Assembly: GCF_030028105.1 (NCBI RefSeq)
Contig: NC_092371.1
Location: 14,653,884-14,717,883 of the forward strand
Source of the DNA: Mobula birostris
Lineage: Eukaryota
Direction of reading: 5' to 3'
Length of the DNA stretch: 64,000 nt
Below, one piece after another: positions 49,760 to 62,413 of this stretch; position 1 is the stretch's first letter, and each line of letters begins with the position of its first letter. Below the pieces are notes generated by a model, which made no database searches, was not told the DNA's origin, and was given only the letters and a program-made list of their open reading frames with translations. Position numbers and translations under genes: made by a program.

Positions 49760-52490
49760 TGTTAGGAGAAATGTAAATATGAATCGGTAGTTAGCACAGG
49801 GCACCCCTGTGGCCATTGCCCTTAATAATAAGTATACCTCTTGGATGTTGTTGTGGGAGATTACCTCCCATTACAATGCCACGCAGACCGGCTTACTGGC
49901 ACCCGGAAACCAAGGAATGTAGCCATGAGTGAGACTTGGTTGCAGGAGAAACAGCAGCTCAGTGTGCAGGGGTTCCGTTGTCTTAGACGTGATGGAGCGT
50001 GGAAGAGTAAAGGACGAGGTGTGGTGTCACTACTCGGGGAAAATATCACGGCAGTGCTCCTTCAGGAAAGAAGGGAGAGCTTGTCTAATGAGGCTTTATG
50101 GGTAGAACCGAGCAAAAAGAAATGTATAATCACATTCATGGGTTTGTATTATAGACCACCCTACAGTCTGCGGGGTTTAGAGCAGAAAAATTGGAGAACG
50201 ATCGCAGATTGTCAGAAACATAAGATTATAATTGTAGATCATTTCAACTTTCATATAGTAACATGGCTGGATGAGTAAGTATTTGCCAAATGTGTTCAGG
50301 AAAGTTTCCTTAATTAGTACATAGAAGTCCCTGAGAGAGACAGAGTGAGGTACCAGATCCCTTGCTAGGGAATGTGTGAGAAAATTGTACAGATTGCACT
50401 TTGTATCCATTGATCATAATGCCATTAGTTTCGAGGTAATGATGGAAAAGAATAGGTCTGGTGCTCGGGTAGTGATTCTAAATTGGAGAAAGTTCAATTT
50501 TAGTGGTACACGAAATGATCAGACAATTGCAGAGTGGGAGAGGTTGTTTTCTGATTAAGGTGTTCTTGGAAAAGGAGAGGCGTTCAAAAGTGAGATTTTG
50601 AGAGTGGAGAGATTGCATGCTCCTGTCAGAATAAAAGTCAAGGATGAAAGGTGTAGGGAATCTTGGTCATTGAGAGAATTTGAAGTCATGGCGAAGAAAA
50701 GGCAGGAGATGAATGAAGTTATAGGCAGAGAGGAACAAATGAGGTACTTGAGGAGTATATGGAATGCAAGAGAGCACTCAAGAAGGAAATCAAGAGGGCT
50801 GAAAGAAGGCATGAGGTTGTCTAGCAGAGAAGTGGATGGAAAATCCCAAGGGCTTCTACAAATATATTAAGAACAAAAAGATAGCAAGGGACAACTTTGG
50901 TACTCCGGAAGATCAGAGTGGTAACCTGTTTGTGGAGCAGAAAGAGGTGTGGAAGATCTGAAATGGATTGTTTTGCATTTATATTTACTTGGGAGATGGA
51001 CACAGAGTGTATAGAATAGAGGTAAAGCCGTAGCAATATCACGGCCTTGATACAGATGACAGAGGATGAAATGCTTGCTGTCTTGAGCAAATTACAGTAG
51101 ATAAATCCTAGGGACTGACAAGGCATTCCCTTCGACTCTCTTGGAGGCTGGTGCAGAAATTGCAAGACCCTTAGGAGAGACATTTAAATTATCCTTAGCC
51201 ACAGGTGAGGTGCCGGAGGTTGAAAGAACTACAGTTATTCTGTTGTTTGCTAAACGTTCTAGGCCGGTGAGTCTGACACCTATAGTGGGAAATTTATTGG
51301 GAAGTTATTCTAAGAAACCGAATGTATAGAGCGAAGGACCAATTAGATAGTCAGCATGGCTTTGTGCGCGGTAAGTGAAGTCTAACCAATCTTATGGAGT
51401 TTCTCAAGGATGTTACAGGAAAATCTGTGAAGGGAATGCAGTGGCTGCTGTCTACATGAACCTCAACAAACGATGGACAAGAAGCCTTTTGGGAGGTTGG
51501 TGAAAAAAATTCAGTCACCTGACATTAAATATAAAGCAGTAAATGGTTTCCTGTCTGATTGGAGGTCCGCGACAAGTGGTGTGTCGTAAGGATTGGTGCT
51601 TGCTTTGTTGTTGTACACCAACAAACTGAATAATTATGTGGTAAACCGGATTAGAACATTTGCCGGTGACTGGGGGCATACTGGGCAGTTTGGAAGTCTA
51701 TCAAATCTTGCATCGGGTTCTGGACCAGGGGAAATAAGGGCTGAAGAATAGAAGAAGGAATTTGTTGTTGAGAAGTGTGATTTGTTGCATTTCGGTCGGA
51801 CCAGCCAGCACTTACACGCTGAGCGGTAGGGCACTGAGGAGTTCAGTAGAACAGAGGAAGCTGGGAACACGGATGAAAATACCGTCACAGGCCGATAGAA
51901 ATGTGAAGAAAACTCTTGTCACACAAGCCTTGATAAATCAATGTACTGATTAGAGTAGTCGAGGTGAGGTGTTGAAATTATATTAGCTGATGGTGAGAAC
52001 TAAGTTTGAGCATTGTGTGCGGTGTTAGTCACTTACCTACAGGAAGGATGTTAATAAGATTGAAAGAGTGCATGAAAATTTAGAAAGATATTACCAGGAA
52101 TAGTTCAATTGGTTGGGTCTTTATTGTCTGGAACATAGAAGATTGAGGGGTGATTTGATAAAGGTATACAAAATAATGAGGGGTAAATGCAAGCGATTTT
52201 TTCCCACGGATGTTGGCTGAGACGACAAATGGAGGCCATGGGTTACGGGGAAAATGAGGAGGAACTACTTCGTTCAGAGGGCAATGAGAGTGCGCAACTA
52301 GTTGCCAGCTGATGTTGTGGATGCGAGTTCGATTTCAGTATTAAAAAAAAAATTGGAGAGGTCCATGGATAGGTGAGGATTGGAGGGCGATGCTCCAGAT
52401 GCAGGTCGATGGGACGAGGCAGTTTAATATTTCGGAACAGACTAAATGGGCCAAATGCCTGCTTCTGCGTTGCAATGTCCTATGACCCGA
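49760..52490 (+). mobile_element. Old CR1 ORF2 with deletions
   Basis: VAMSETWLQE, MGLYYRPP, RPVSLTPIVGNL and a CR1 3' end. Confidence 0.85.
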
Positions 52491-53189
52491 TGCACCTCTT
52501 GTAGAATCCCCAAATTAGGAAGGTATTGAAGTCAGCGGTATTGACAGGTTAGTGGAGGATAACAATTTAAGGGGATTGGGAAATTGCATTGGAGGAGTAG
52601 GTGCATTTTCGTACTTGCACTGCGACAGTATTGCACTGCTAGATAGTACAAGCGTGTGAAACCTTACCTGCGTAAAGCATATTGGTTTAAACAATCCCAC
52701 TATCAAACAACCGTGATTCTTGCCCAGTGTGTGGAGGTGACAGTGGTCACTCAGACAACTGGAGGAAAACTGATGACCCAGTCTGGTTATTTGACTACTC
52801 TGTTCCATTCATTAGACGTCACAAACAAAGACGTTTATTCATTTTTCACTCTTGTTGGAATGTCCCAAATTGTGAAAGGCGATATGGAAATGAAAGCTCT
52901 TTTTCTTTTCTGTTAGCTTCTCATGTCTCGTCTGAGACACACTCTCAGTGCTCTCTGCTACCGCCACATGGTCACTCGTGGAACGTCCAGCAGATCCTTC
53001 TCCTGCTTCGAAGCCCCTTGCCCACTGCCGGCTCGGCCTGTGCCCATATCTTGACCAACACACTTTAACTTATACAACTGAAAAAATACTTGGTTTCAGA
53101 ACTTGCTGGGTATTATTGAGAATTGAGCTGTGAATATCCACGAGCGCAATTGCCGTATATGCTGTGCTGCAGAATCCGTGGTTATGAAA

Positions 53190-55461
53190 TCAGTTGTGTT
53201 TGTCAGTGTAGAGATTGCTTAAGTACCCCAAATTAAAAAGATTTGGTATCAAATTGCCAAGTTCAAACTGATTTTATTATCAAAGTGCACATATGTCAGC
53301 ATATATGAAGCCAAGCTTCGTTTTCTTGCGGGCATAGTCAATAAATCCACGAACCACAGCAGAATCAATGAAAGACAGCACACAATAGAATGGAAATACA
53401 TCATGTGACCAAGAGGCAACAATCTGTGTAAACACAAAATAAAATAAAGGAAATAATAATAAATAAATAACCAATACATAGAGAACATGAGCAAAGGGAG
53501 CATAGTCTGGTTGGTGCTCGATGATTGATGCTGCTTTCCAGGGACAGCCTCTCCTTGTAGATATCACAAATGGTAGGAAGAGCATGACCCATGATGGACT
53601 TGACGGTATTCGCTACATTTGTAGGATTTTTCGTTCAAGGGCATTGGTCGGTTTCCACGCCAGGCCGCGATAAAAACAGCCAGTACACCCTCCACTACAC
53701 ATCGATGGACGTTTGCGAAAGTAGTAGATGTCATGCCGATGCCTCGAAAACGTCTAAGGAAGTAGAGACGGTACCGTGCTTTCGTTGTAACTGCACCTTC
53801 GTGCAAACCCCAGGACAGATTCTCTGAAACAGAAACACCGAGGATTTAAAAACTGCTGACCCTCTCCACCCTGATTGTCGAAGTACGACTGACTCTTGGA
53901 CCTCCAGTTTCCTCCTCCTGAAGTCAATGTTCAGCTCCTTCGTTTACGTACGTTGAGTGAAAGGATTTTGTTCTGGCACCACTTAGCCAGATTTTCAGTC
54001 TTCCTCCGATCTGCTGATTCGTCACCAACCTTGATTTCGGAAAACTACAGTGGTGGTGTTAGCAGACTTAAATATGGCATCGTAGCTGTGCTTAGCCTCA
54101 CATTCATAAGTGTACATCGAGTAAAATAGAGGGCTGAATACACGTCCTTTTTGTGCAGACGTGCTGAGGGAAATTGTGTAAGAGGTGCTGTTGTTAATCA
54201 GAACTGGCTGGGGTCTGGAACTGAAGAAATTGGGGATCCAGTTGCACAAGGAGGCATTGAGGCCAAGCACTTGAAGATTATTGGTTTAGATTTCATGGGT
54301 GATGTCGTTGAACGTCGAAATGTCGTCGATAAAGACCAACACAGTGCATGTATTCTTGCTGTCTAAATGCTCCAGGGGTGAGCGAGAAGGCAATGGAAAG
54401 GTATTTGCTACGGTTCTGTTGTGCCAGTAGGCAAATTGGAGAGGATCCAGGTCGTTTCTCAGGCAGCATTTGATGTATTTCATCATCAACGTTTGAAAGC
54501 GCTTCATCACAGTGGATTTAGTAAGTGCTACTGAACGAGAGTCACTGAGAAAGATTCCCACGTTCATCGGAGGCTCCGGTATAATTGAAGCCTGCTGAAG
54601 TATGCCGGTACATCACACTGCTGAAACACGAGGTTAAAGATATTGCTGAACACTCCAGCCAGTTGATTAGCATAGGATTTTAATACTCGGTCAGGCTCTC
54701 CATTTGAGCCGGATGTTTTCCGTGGGTTCACTCTTCTGAGGAATGCTCACACTTTAACCTGAAGACTGAGATCACAGGGCTATCGTGGGTTGCAGGAGTT
54801 CCAGAATGTTCCTCCATGTTTTGACGGTGAAATCGCACTTAGGAGGCATTGAGCTCATCTGACTGCGAAGCCCTGCTCTTTCCTTTGTCGCTTGGTTTCA
54901 GTTGGTAAGAGGTAACAACATTCAAGCCCTCCCAGAGCTGTCGAGCATCCTCCAGTGATTGAAGATTAGACCGGAATGGAGACTTCGCTCATGGGATGGC
55001 TTTCGGGAGATTGTATCTGGACGTATTGTATCTTACCTGTTTGCCAGAACTGAAGTCCAGTGACTCGGCCCTCATCAGTCTGCAGATCTCATAGTTCAAC
55101 CAGAATTTCTACAGGGGAAAGGTTCTGAATCATTTTGTGAGTATACACTCGTCTACGACTGTGCTTATAAAGGCCATGACAACCGTTCTGTTTTCATTTA
55201 GATACTCAGATGTGTCACTGAACGCAGCCCAGTCCACCGACTAGAAAAAAAATCGCGTAACCCACCCCCCGCTTTCTGCGACCATCCCTTTGTTGTCCTT
55301 AGCTTTGGAGCCTTCCTTTGAACTCCTGCCCGTATTCAGGTCGGAGAAGGACCAGCAAGTGATCAGATTTCCCGATGTATGGCCTGGGCACGGAACGGTA
55401 GGTATTTATTATCTTAGTATACAAATGATATTGTGGGTTGGGACCTCCGGCGTTACAGATT
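53190..55461 (-). mobile_element. Older Rex1/Babar LINE (continues at about 57205-57800)
   Basis: LDPLQFAY, FIDDISTFN, RYRLYFLRRFR; APE C-terminus YRSVPRPYIGKSDH at 55299-55450. Confidence 0.85.
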
Positions 55462-57205
55462 ATAGTCATAGTCATAGTCATAGTCATACTTTATTGAACC
55501 CGGGGGAAATTGGTTTTCGTTACAGTTGCACCATAAATAATAAATAGTAATAAAACCATAAATAGTTAAACAGTAATATGTAAATTATGCCAGGAAATAA
55601 GTCCAGGATCAGCCTATTAGCTCAGAGTGTCTGACCCTCCAAGGGGGGAGGTGTAAAGTTTGATGGTCACAGGCAGGAATGACTTCCTATGACGCTCGGT
55701 ATTGCATCTCGGTGGAACGAGTCTCTGGCTGAATGTACTCCTGTGCCCAACCAGTACATTACGTAGTGGATAGGAGACATTATACAAGATGGCATGCAAC
55801 TTAGACAGCATCCTCTTTTCAGACACCACCGTCAGAGATACCAGTTCCATCCCCACAACATCACTGGCCTTAAGAATGAGTTTGTTGATTCTGTTGGTGT
55901 CTGCTACCCTCAGCCTTTTGCTCCAGCACACAACAGCAAACATGATAGCACTGGCCACCACAGACTCGTAGAACATCCTCAGCATCGTCCAGCAGATGTT
56001 AAAGGACCTCAGTGTCCTCAGGAAATGGAGACGGCTCTGACGGTTCTTGCAGACAGCCTCAGTGTTCTTTGACCAGTCCAGTTTACTTTCAATTCGTATC
56101 CCCAGGTATTTGTAATCCTCCACCATGTCCACACTGACCCCCTGGAAGGAATCAGGGGTCACCGGTACCTTAGCTCTCCTCAGGTCTACCACCAGGTCTT
56201 TAGTCTTGTTCACATTAAGCTGCAGATAATTCTGCTCACACCATGTGACAAAGTTTCCTATCGTAGCCCTGTACTCAGCCTCATCTCCCTTGCTGATGCA
56301 TCCAACTATGGCAGAGTCATCAGAAAACTTCTGAAAATGACACGACTCTGTGCAGTAGTTGAAGTTCGAGGTGAAAATGGTGAAGAGAAAGGGAGACAAG
56401 ACAGTCCACTGTGGAACCCCAGTGCTTCTGATCACTCTGTTGGCCACACAGTGTTGCAAGCACGCGTACTGTGGTCTGCCAGTCAAGTAATCAAGAATCC
56501 ATGACACCAGGAAAGCATCCACATGCAATCGCTGTCAGCTTCTCCCCCAGCGGAGCAGGGCGGATGGTGTTGAACGCACTGGAGAAGTCAAAAAACAGGA
56601 CCCTCACAATCCTCGCTGGCTTGTCCAGGTGGGCGTAGACACGGTTCAGCAGGTAGACGATGGCATCCTCAATTCCTAGTCGGGGCTGATAGGCGAACTG
56701 GAGGGGATCTAAGTGCGGCCTGACCATAGGCCGGAGCAGCTCTAGAACAAGTCTCTCCAGGGTCTTCATGATGTGGGAGGTCAATGCCACCGATCTGTAG
56801 TCATTGAGGCCGCTGGAGCGCGGCGTCTTCGGCACAGGGACGAGGCAGGACGTCTTCCACAGCACAGAAAACCTCCGGAGCCTCAGGCTCAGGTTGAAGA
56901 CATGGCGAACTACTCCACATAGCTGAGGGGCACAGGTTTTGAGCACCCTGGTACTGACACCATCCGGTCCTGCAGCCTTGTTTGGGTTAAGACGTTTCAG
57001 CAGTCTTCTCACCTGTTCAGCTGTGAAGCCCACCGTAGTGGTTTCTTGTGGGGAAGGGGTACAGTCATGAGAGCAGGGTGGAGCACTGTGAAGAGGGGTA
57101 GGAGGCGAGAGTGGAATATATGTTGGTTGGGGGACGACACCGGATGACTTATGTGTGGGATGGGCAGGGGCCGCAATGTCAAATCTGTTAAAGAACAGGT
57201 TAAGT
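55462..57205 (-). mobile_element. Younger 5'-truncated Rex1/Babar LINE nested in the APE of the older copy
   Basis: ORFs 56491-57033 and 55617-56528 give a near-intact RT (KAAGPDGV, LDPLQFAY, FDFSSAFNTI, FSDDSAIVG) with one frameshift; (ATAGTC)n tail at 55462-55488. Confidence 0.9.
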
Positions 57206-58082
57206 TCGTGATATATGTTGATGATATGTTGATAATAACTGGCTTTTTTTCAAATAAGCCTGATTGGCGAACCGACAATGATTTGAAATCCGTCCGGTGA
57301 CAGTATGCTGTTTGCCAATAGCAGCCGTCAATATCTTGAGCGTCTGTTTAACGACGGCCTTTGGCTGTATATAAACTGCGGCCAGGATCGCGGAGGAAAA
57401 CTCTCCTGACAACTAGAATGGTGGTTACTCAATCGTTAGATGTTCCAGTTCGGGGGAACCAGAGTGCTAGAAAATCACCACATCCGAGCATCACAACGAG
57501 TTAATCACGGAACACAGACCCCGCATTTTCCCTTCGCCGAATCATCAGTTCAGTCCATCGTGTTATCGAAAAGCCTTCGGGTTCCGGCGTGTCGGGAGTG
57601 AGCCATGTGCAGGTGAAGCACAGAACAGAGCAAATCTTCATTTCCCTCCGGAAGAGTAATCAGACCCTAAGATCCTCTTTCTTGTTTTCCGGCGAAAACT
57701 TCCTAACAAGATGCTTGGTGGTGGTGGTGGTGGGTTGGGGTTGGCGGAGGTTTCATTCCTCTGCGTTTCAGCTGCGACTGGGGAACAATTACGTTTTTGA
57801 TGCAGATCAGTTGTGATTTAATTGAAAGTTGTTTCAGGACGGATGCCATATTGGTATCTGTTTATTGTTATGCGGTGAAAAGATTATCTTGCATACTGTT
57901 CATACAGATAAAATCATTACTTACTGCACTTAGCGAAAACAAGGTAAAACAATAACTCCCTCATGGACTGTCGCAACCCCGGCTGCGAGAAGTGGAGGGT
58001 TGGGCATGAGGCGAGAAAACCCATCCTGTAAATAACCAGAGCTAGAGAAACTCCGACTGAAGCTCCAAAGACCGCATCTCCG

Positions 58083-58635
58083 CATTATTGTGCACAATTT
58101 TGATCCCCTAATCTGAGGAAAGACATCCTTGCCATAGAGGGAGTACAAAGAATTACCAGATTAATTCCTGGGATGGCAGGCCTTTCATATGATGAAAGAC
58201 TCGATCGACTAGGCTTATATTCGTTGGAATTTAGAAGATTGAGGGGGGATCTTATTGAAACATATGAAATCCTAAAGGGATTGGACAGACTAGATGCAAG
58301 AAGATTGTTCCTGATGTTGGGGAAGTCCAGAACGAGGAGTCACAGTTTGAGGATAAAGGGGAAGCCTTTTAGTACCGAGTTTAGGAAAAACTTCTTCACA
58401 CAGCAAGTGGTGAATCTGTGGAATTCTCTGCCACAGGAAACAGTTGAGGCCAGTTCATTGACTAAATTTAAGAGGGAGTTAGATATGGCTCTTGTGGCTA
58501 AAGGGATCAGTGGGTATGGAGCGAAGGCTGGTACAGGGTTCTGAGTTGGATGATCACCCATGATCATACTGAATGGCGGTGCAGGCTCGAAGGGCCGAAT
58601 AGCCTACTCCTGCACCTATTTTCTATGTATCTCTG
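58083..58635 (+). mobile_element. CR1 3' fragment
   Basis: ORF 58173-58544 GLYSLEFRRLRGDLIETY. Confidence 0.9.
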
Positions 58636-59379
58636 AGAGAGGAAGATCTTCACCTGGAAGATGTATGAGGTAATGCAATGAGAGCGGAAGTCACAGGGCC
58701 ATTAAATCTTCGGCTGAGGACTGGTGTCTGGGGAGCTTCTGTAGGTGGCCCATGCCCCATTTGGAGTGAAGAACAGAAGAGAACGTAACCATTTACAACA
58801 TGGAAAAACGCAAAACGTATAGATAAAATGCCGTGCAGGTAAATGTAAATCACAGGGGAGATTGTGAAGCCAAGAGTCCATCTAAACCTTCAAGAAGACA
58901 GTTTAAGAGTCTGATAACAGTGGATAGAAGCTGTACTTGATTATATTGGAAAATGCTTTCAGGCTTTTGCATCTTCTGCCCGTTGGGCGGGTAGGGGTAG
59001 GAGAAAAGAGAATGTCCGGAATGGGAGGGATAATCGATTATGCTGGCTGCTTAACCGAGGCAGCAAGAAGCACAGACAGATTTCATGAGCAACATTTTGG
59101 TCCAGCGCTTAAAAGAAAAGGGATGATAGGCTTGATTCTCAGTGCTTTCCTTAAAAGTCACCAGGCTATGCGATTTATTTTGCATCTTTCAAAATCTCTG
59201 TATATAACGATGGATTTTGACAAGAGCCATCGTTCTGTAAACTATCTTCTTATTAGACTGAACCCCGCTGGTTTCTTTGGCTGCTTGTCTCGGGAGGACA
59301 CAGCCCGGTCCCGCCAAACCCGGGAGTCGGCGACGGCTCTCCCATCTCAATAGACGATTTGTGTGGATGCTGTATAATT

Positions 59380-59773
59380 TGTCACCCTGTAACAACTCAG
59401 TGCCAAGAAACAGCAGACAGCACACTGCATACAATTAAAGGAAATATATGTATGAATCTTAACTAAAGGGTTAGTAAGGAAAACAAAGACAAAGCAAAAA
59501 GAGCTTATTATAATTAAATAGTCAAACGTGTACCAGTTGGAGCACAATGTATCGATCCTCAGTCGTCTAGCTGTCCGCCTCTTTCTAATCACAGTCTCCC
59601 CAGCGGGTCGTGTCCTACGAATGGGTTTCCCCAGCGTCTCCTCTCTTCATCTCACACCAAATGATAGACTCAGCTCACATAACTAACCATCCTTCATCTC
59701 TAACCATAACCCAAACATTGCTTCTAAAGAAAGGCCGTTGGGTAAGCATTGAAACCTTTCCCAGGGTGTTACA
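59380..59773. mobile_element. Solo-LTR-like element with short terminal inverted repeats
   Basis: Left end tgtcaccctg versus right end cagggtgttaca (reverse complement tgtaacaccctg). No clean target-site duplication. Confidence 0.5.
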
Positions 59774-60039
59774 AAGCTTGAGAAACAATGGTCACTCCAT
59801 TCACATGATTATTCATGGAGAGGGCGCAGAGAAACTGAAACTTGTGTCTCACACAGGAAACGCTGAGGAGAAACATGTTCAAAGTGAACGAAATATGGAC
59901 GTGCTTGGGTGGGAGATATAAGAGAATCTATCTCAATTCAAAGAACGGGAAGAGAGTTTCAACGCGATTGATTAACGTTATATGTAAGATGATGGTTTCT
60001 GAATTCAAGATGAACCGTGATGATAATCTGGCACTGTTT

Positions 60040-60525
60040 TAAAGTTTCGTGGTTGCGGATCCAACTCAGTTTTATTGAGGAGTCTGTTAATTTTTCCGCA
60101 CATCACTCTTTTAACGCATGGTTATTTCAGTTGTTGTCGTTTTCCTACCAGCTCGCATCAGTATATTCATGCTTTTCTGCCCTCTCTCATTAACAAGGCG
60201 CTTTCGCCCACAGACCTGTCGTTCACTAACCTTTTTCTCTGCACCATTCTCTGTACACTTTGGAGATGCTTGTGCCAGAAAAATCCAGGGAATACACCTT
60301 TTCCAAGAAACCTAAACCACCCCATCTAGCACCCACAATCCTGTCAGATTTAATGTCACTTAGCTCACATTTCTTACTCCTTCTCATGTTTGGTCTCAAC
60401 AACAAACGAATTTCTTGACCACGTCTGCATTATTCTACGGAGTAAATTGCTGCCACGTGATTTCTTGATTAGATATTTGCATTCAAGAAGAACACAGCAA
60501 TACCTAATTAAGTGGCCACTGAGGT
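60040..60525. mobile_element. Tc1/mariner-like relic with one recognisable terminal repeat
   Basis: Homologous to 43740-44085; ends cctaattaagtggccactgag. Confidence 0.55.
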
Positions 60526-60842
60526 TATACATTAGATGTGGGTATGATATACTGATGTCCAAAGCCTTACGACATTTGTGAGCTGCCGCCAGCACATCTT
60601 CGGACTGTGCTGGTTGTTAACACAACCATCGCAAACATGTGCCGATATATATGTGGCAAATAAGACTAATCTCATCTTTGCCTTTGTTCTTGTAATAACA
60701 CGATACAGTATATAACAGAAGCAAGATTAAATAGTTTGGACACAATGAAATCTCGATATTGCATTCAGTTATAAGAAGCTCTTGGTATTGCTCTTTATAC
60801 TCCGCTCACTCCGGAGCAATATCCCTTTGTGCAAATCACGAC

Positions 60843-60852
60843 TGATTTGCAT
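60843..60852 (+). promoter_or_regulatory. Octamer/decamer motif TGATTTGCAT with an inverted near-copy and an adjacent GTCATGTGA E-box
   Basis: Exact match to the Ig-promoter decamer TNATTTGCAT; tgcaaatca at 60830-60838; tcacatgac at 60861-60869. Confidence 0.35.
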
Positions 60853-62375
60853 GATAGGAATCACATGACAAGTGAAAGGTACCGGAATAATTGCAACCAT
60901 GTACTTGTTGCGATCCTTCGCAACACGTTTCGGGGAGGGATGGCGCAACAACATCTCAGTAAGCGCCCTTTTAGTGCCTGCTTCTGCTGTTTCGGGTTCC
61001 AGTGAAAATACCGTAAAGCAGTTAAATGCATGGAGGAATTAAAACGCATCAGATTGACACCGTTTCTGGATGTCTAGTGATAAATTTATTTTTCGAATCA
61101 GTACTGCTTCTGCAGATCTATTTCTCATAACATCAAATTAAGTGGGTTAGATGCAATTGTAATATCTTTTTCTTCGTTTTAAGTCTATCACCCCCACTGG
61201 GACACAGGACGCCGACAGATTCTTCATCTCCCATGTTTAGGGTCTTTGGATCTCTTCTTAGCGTTTATGTACCTCTGTGGTTTACGGGTTGGGTTTGTTA
61301 GCCTCATGCCCAATCCTCCTCATTTCGCATCCCGGCTTGGGACCAACCATGACGGAGGTAGAACAGCAGTATTCAGTCTAAAACTATCGTTACTGAATCA
61401 CAAGTTATACTTTGGCATAAACGTTTAAATTGCCAGTGGAAAAGTCATTTTCGCCAAGTAACATCTGCCGTGTGGCAGCGGTAGAAGGCAGACACACGGG
61501 ATGTAATCGGCAAACCAGGTTCAATGGCGAAGATACGCGAAATTCCATTTCCTGTAGCCCTTATCACTACTTCAGCACTGGGAAGCAAAGATAGTAAGGA
61601 AGGACATTATATGGCGTACTCGCAATTGACATGTATGAAACAGAGAAGTAATGTCAGAAGGGCATTGCGAAATATCAAAAAGAAAAAAATATCTTTTACT
61701 TACCCAAGAGCGACCCTGAGATTGATGTCCAATCAAATTTGGAGACATAAGGTGAATATTGAATGCAGAGCTTCCGCCGTTGAGCGTTGCATTAGTCATG
61801 CAGTCGCAAATAACCTTTCGGAATTTCCGTCGGATGACTGATATTCCATGAATTACCATTTTTTTGCTGATGTTTATAAGTTCATAATGAGCAGTTCGGA
61901 GGTCTGCCGTAAATTCCAGAACTCGCATGGAAAAGTTAAAGGTGTTCCTCAGTCAATACCATGCATACAAGAGAGACTATTCATTCCATAGACCCTGTGA
62001 CGCAGCAGCAGAAGGAAACCGTTCGACCCTACAGGGCTCACAAGCGAAGAGCAGAAGCGGATCAAAACTTCCAGAATTTACTTCCCTTCAATCACACTTC
62101 GCCTGTCCAGTACCTTAACTCGTTTCACTGATAACCTTACCCTCGTATGAAACCACATTTGATAATATGGCACTTCCCATCCTCGAGATTCGCTAGATTG
62201 CGTAAAGCATACACACGACCCTACATAAATGAAAAGAAAACAACCATTATTGAGCACAAGAATTATGAAGATACTAGAGATCCAGAGCAAAAACACACAC
62301 GCACACGCACTCACATTCGCACACCCACAATGCTGGAAGCCTTCAACAGGTCAGACAATAACAATGAAAAAGTAT

Positions 62376-62413
62376 AGAGTCAACGTTTCGGGTCGAATCC
62401 CTTCATCAGGATA
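62376..62413 (-). ncRNA. Hammerhead ribozyme core in a Penelope pLTR (partly decayed)
   Basis: Minus strand: ttatc-CTGATGA-a-GGGattcgaCCC-GAAA-CGTT-gactc. Confidence 0.6.

Noticed and set aside
52669-52681. 13-mer tgcgtaaagcata shared with about 62198
   Set aside because: The flanks do not align, and 13-mer matches are expected by chance in 64 kb.
60210-60290. Hydrophobic exon-like stretch DLSFTNLFLCTILCTLW
   Set aside because: Lies inside a Tc1-like relic and has no donor site.
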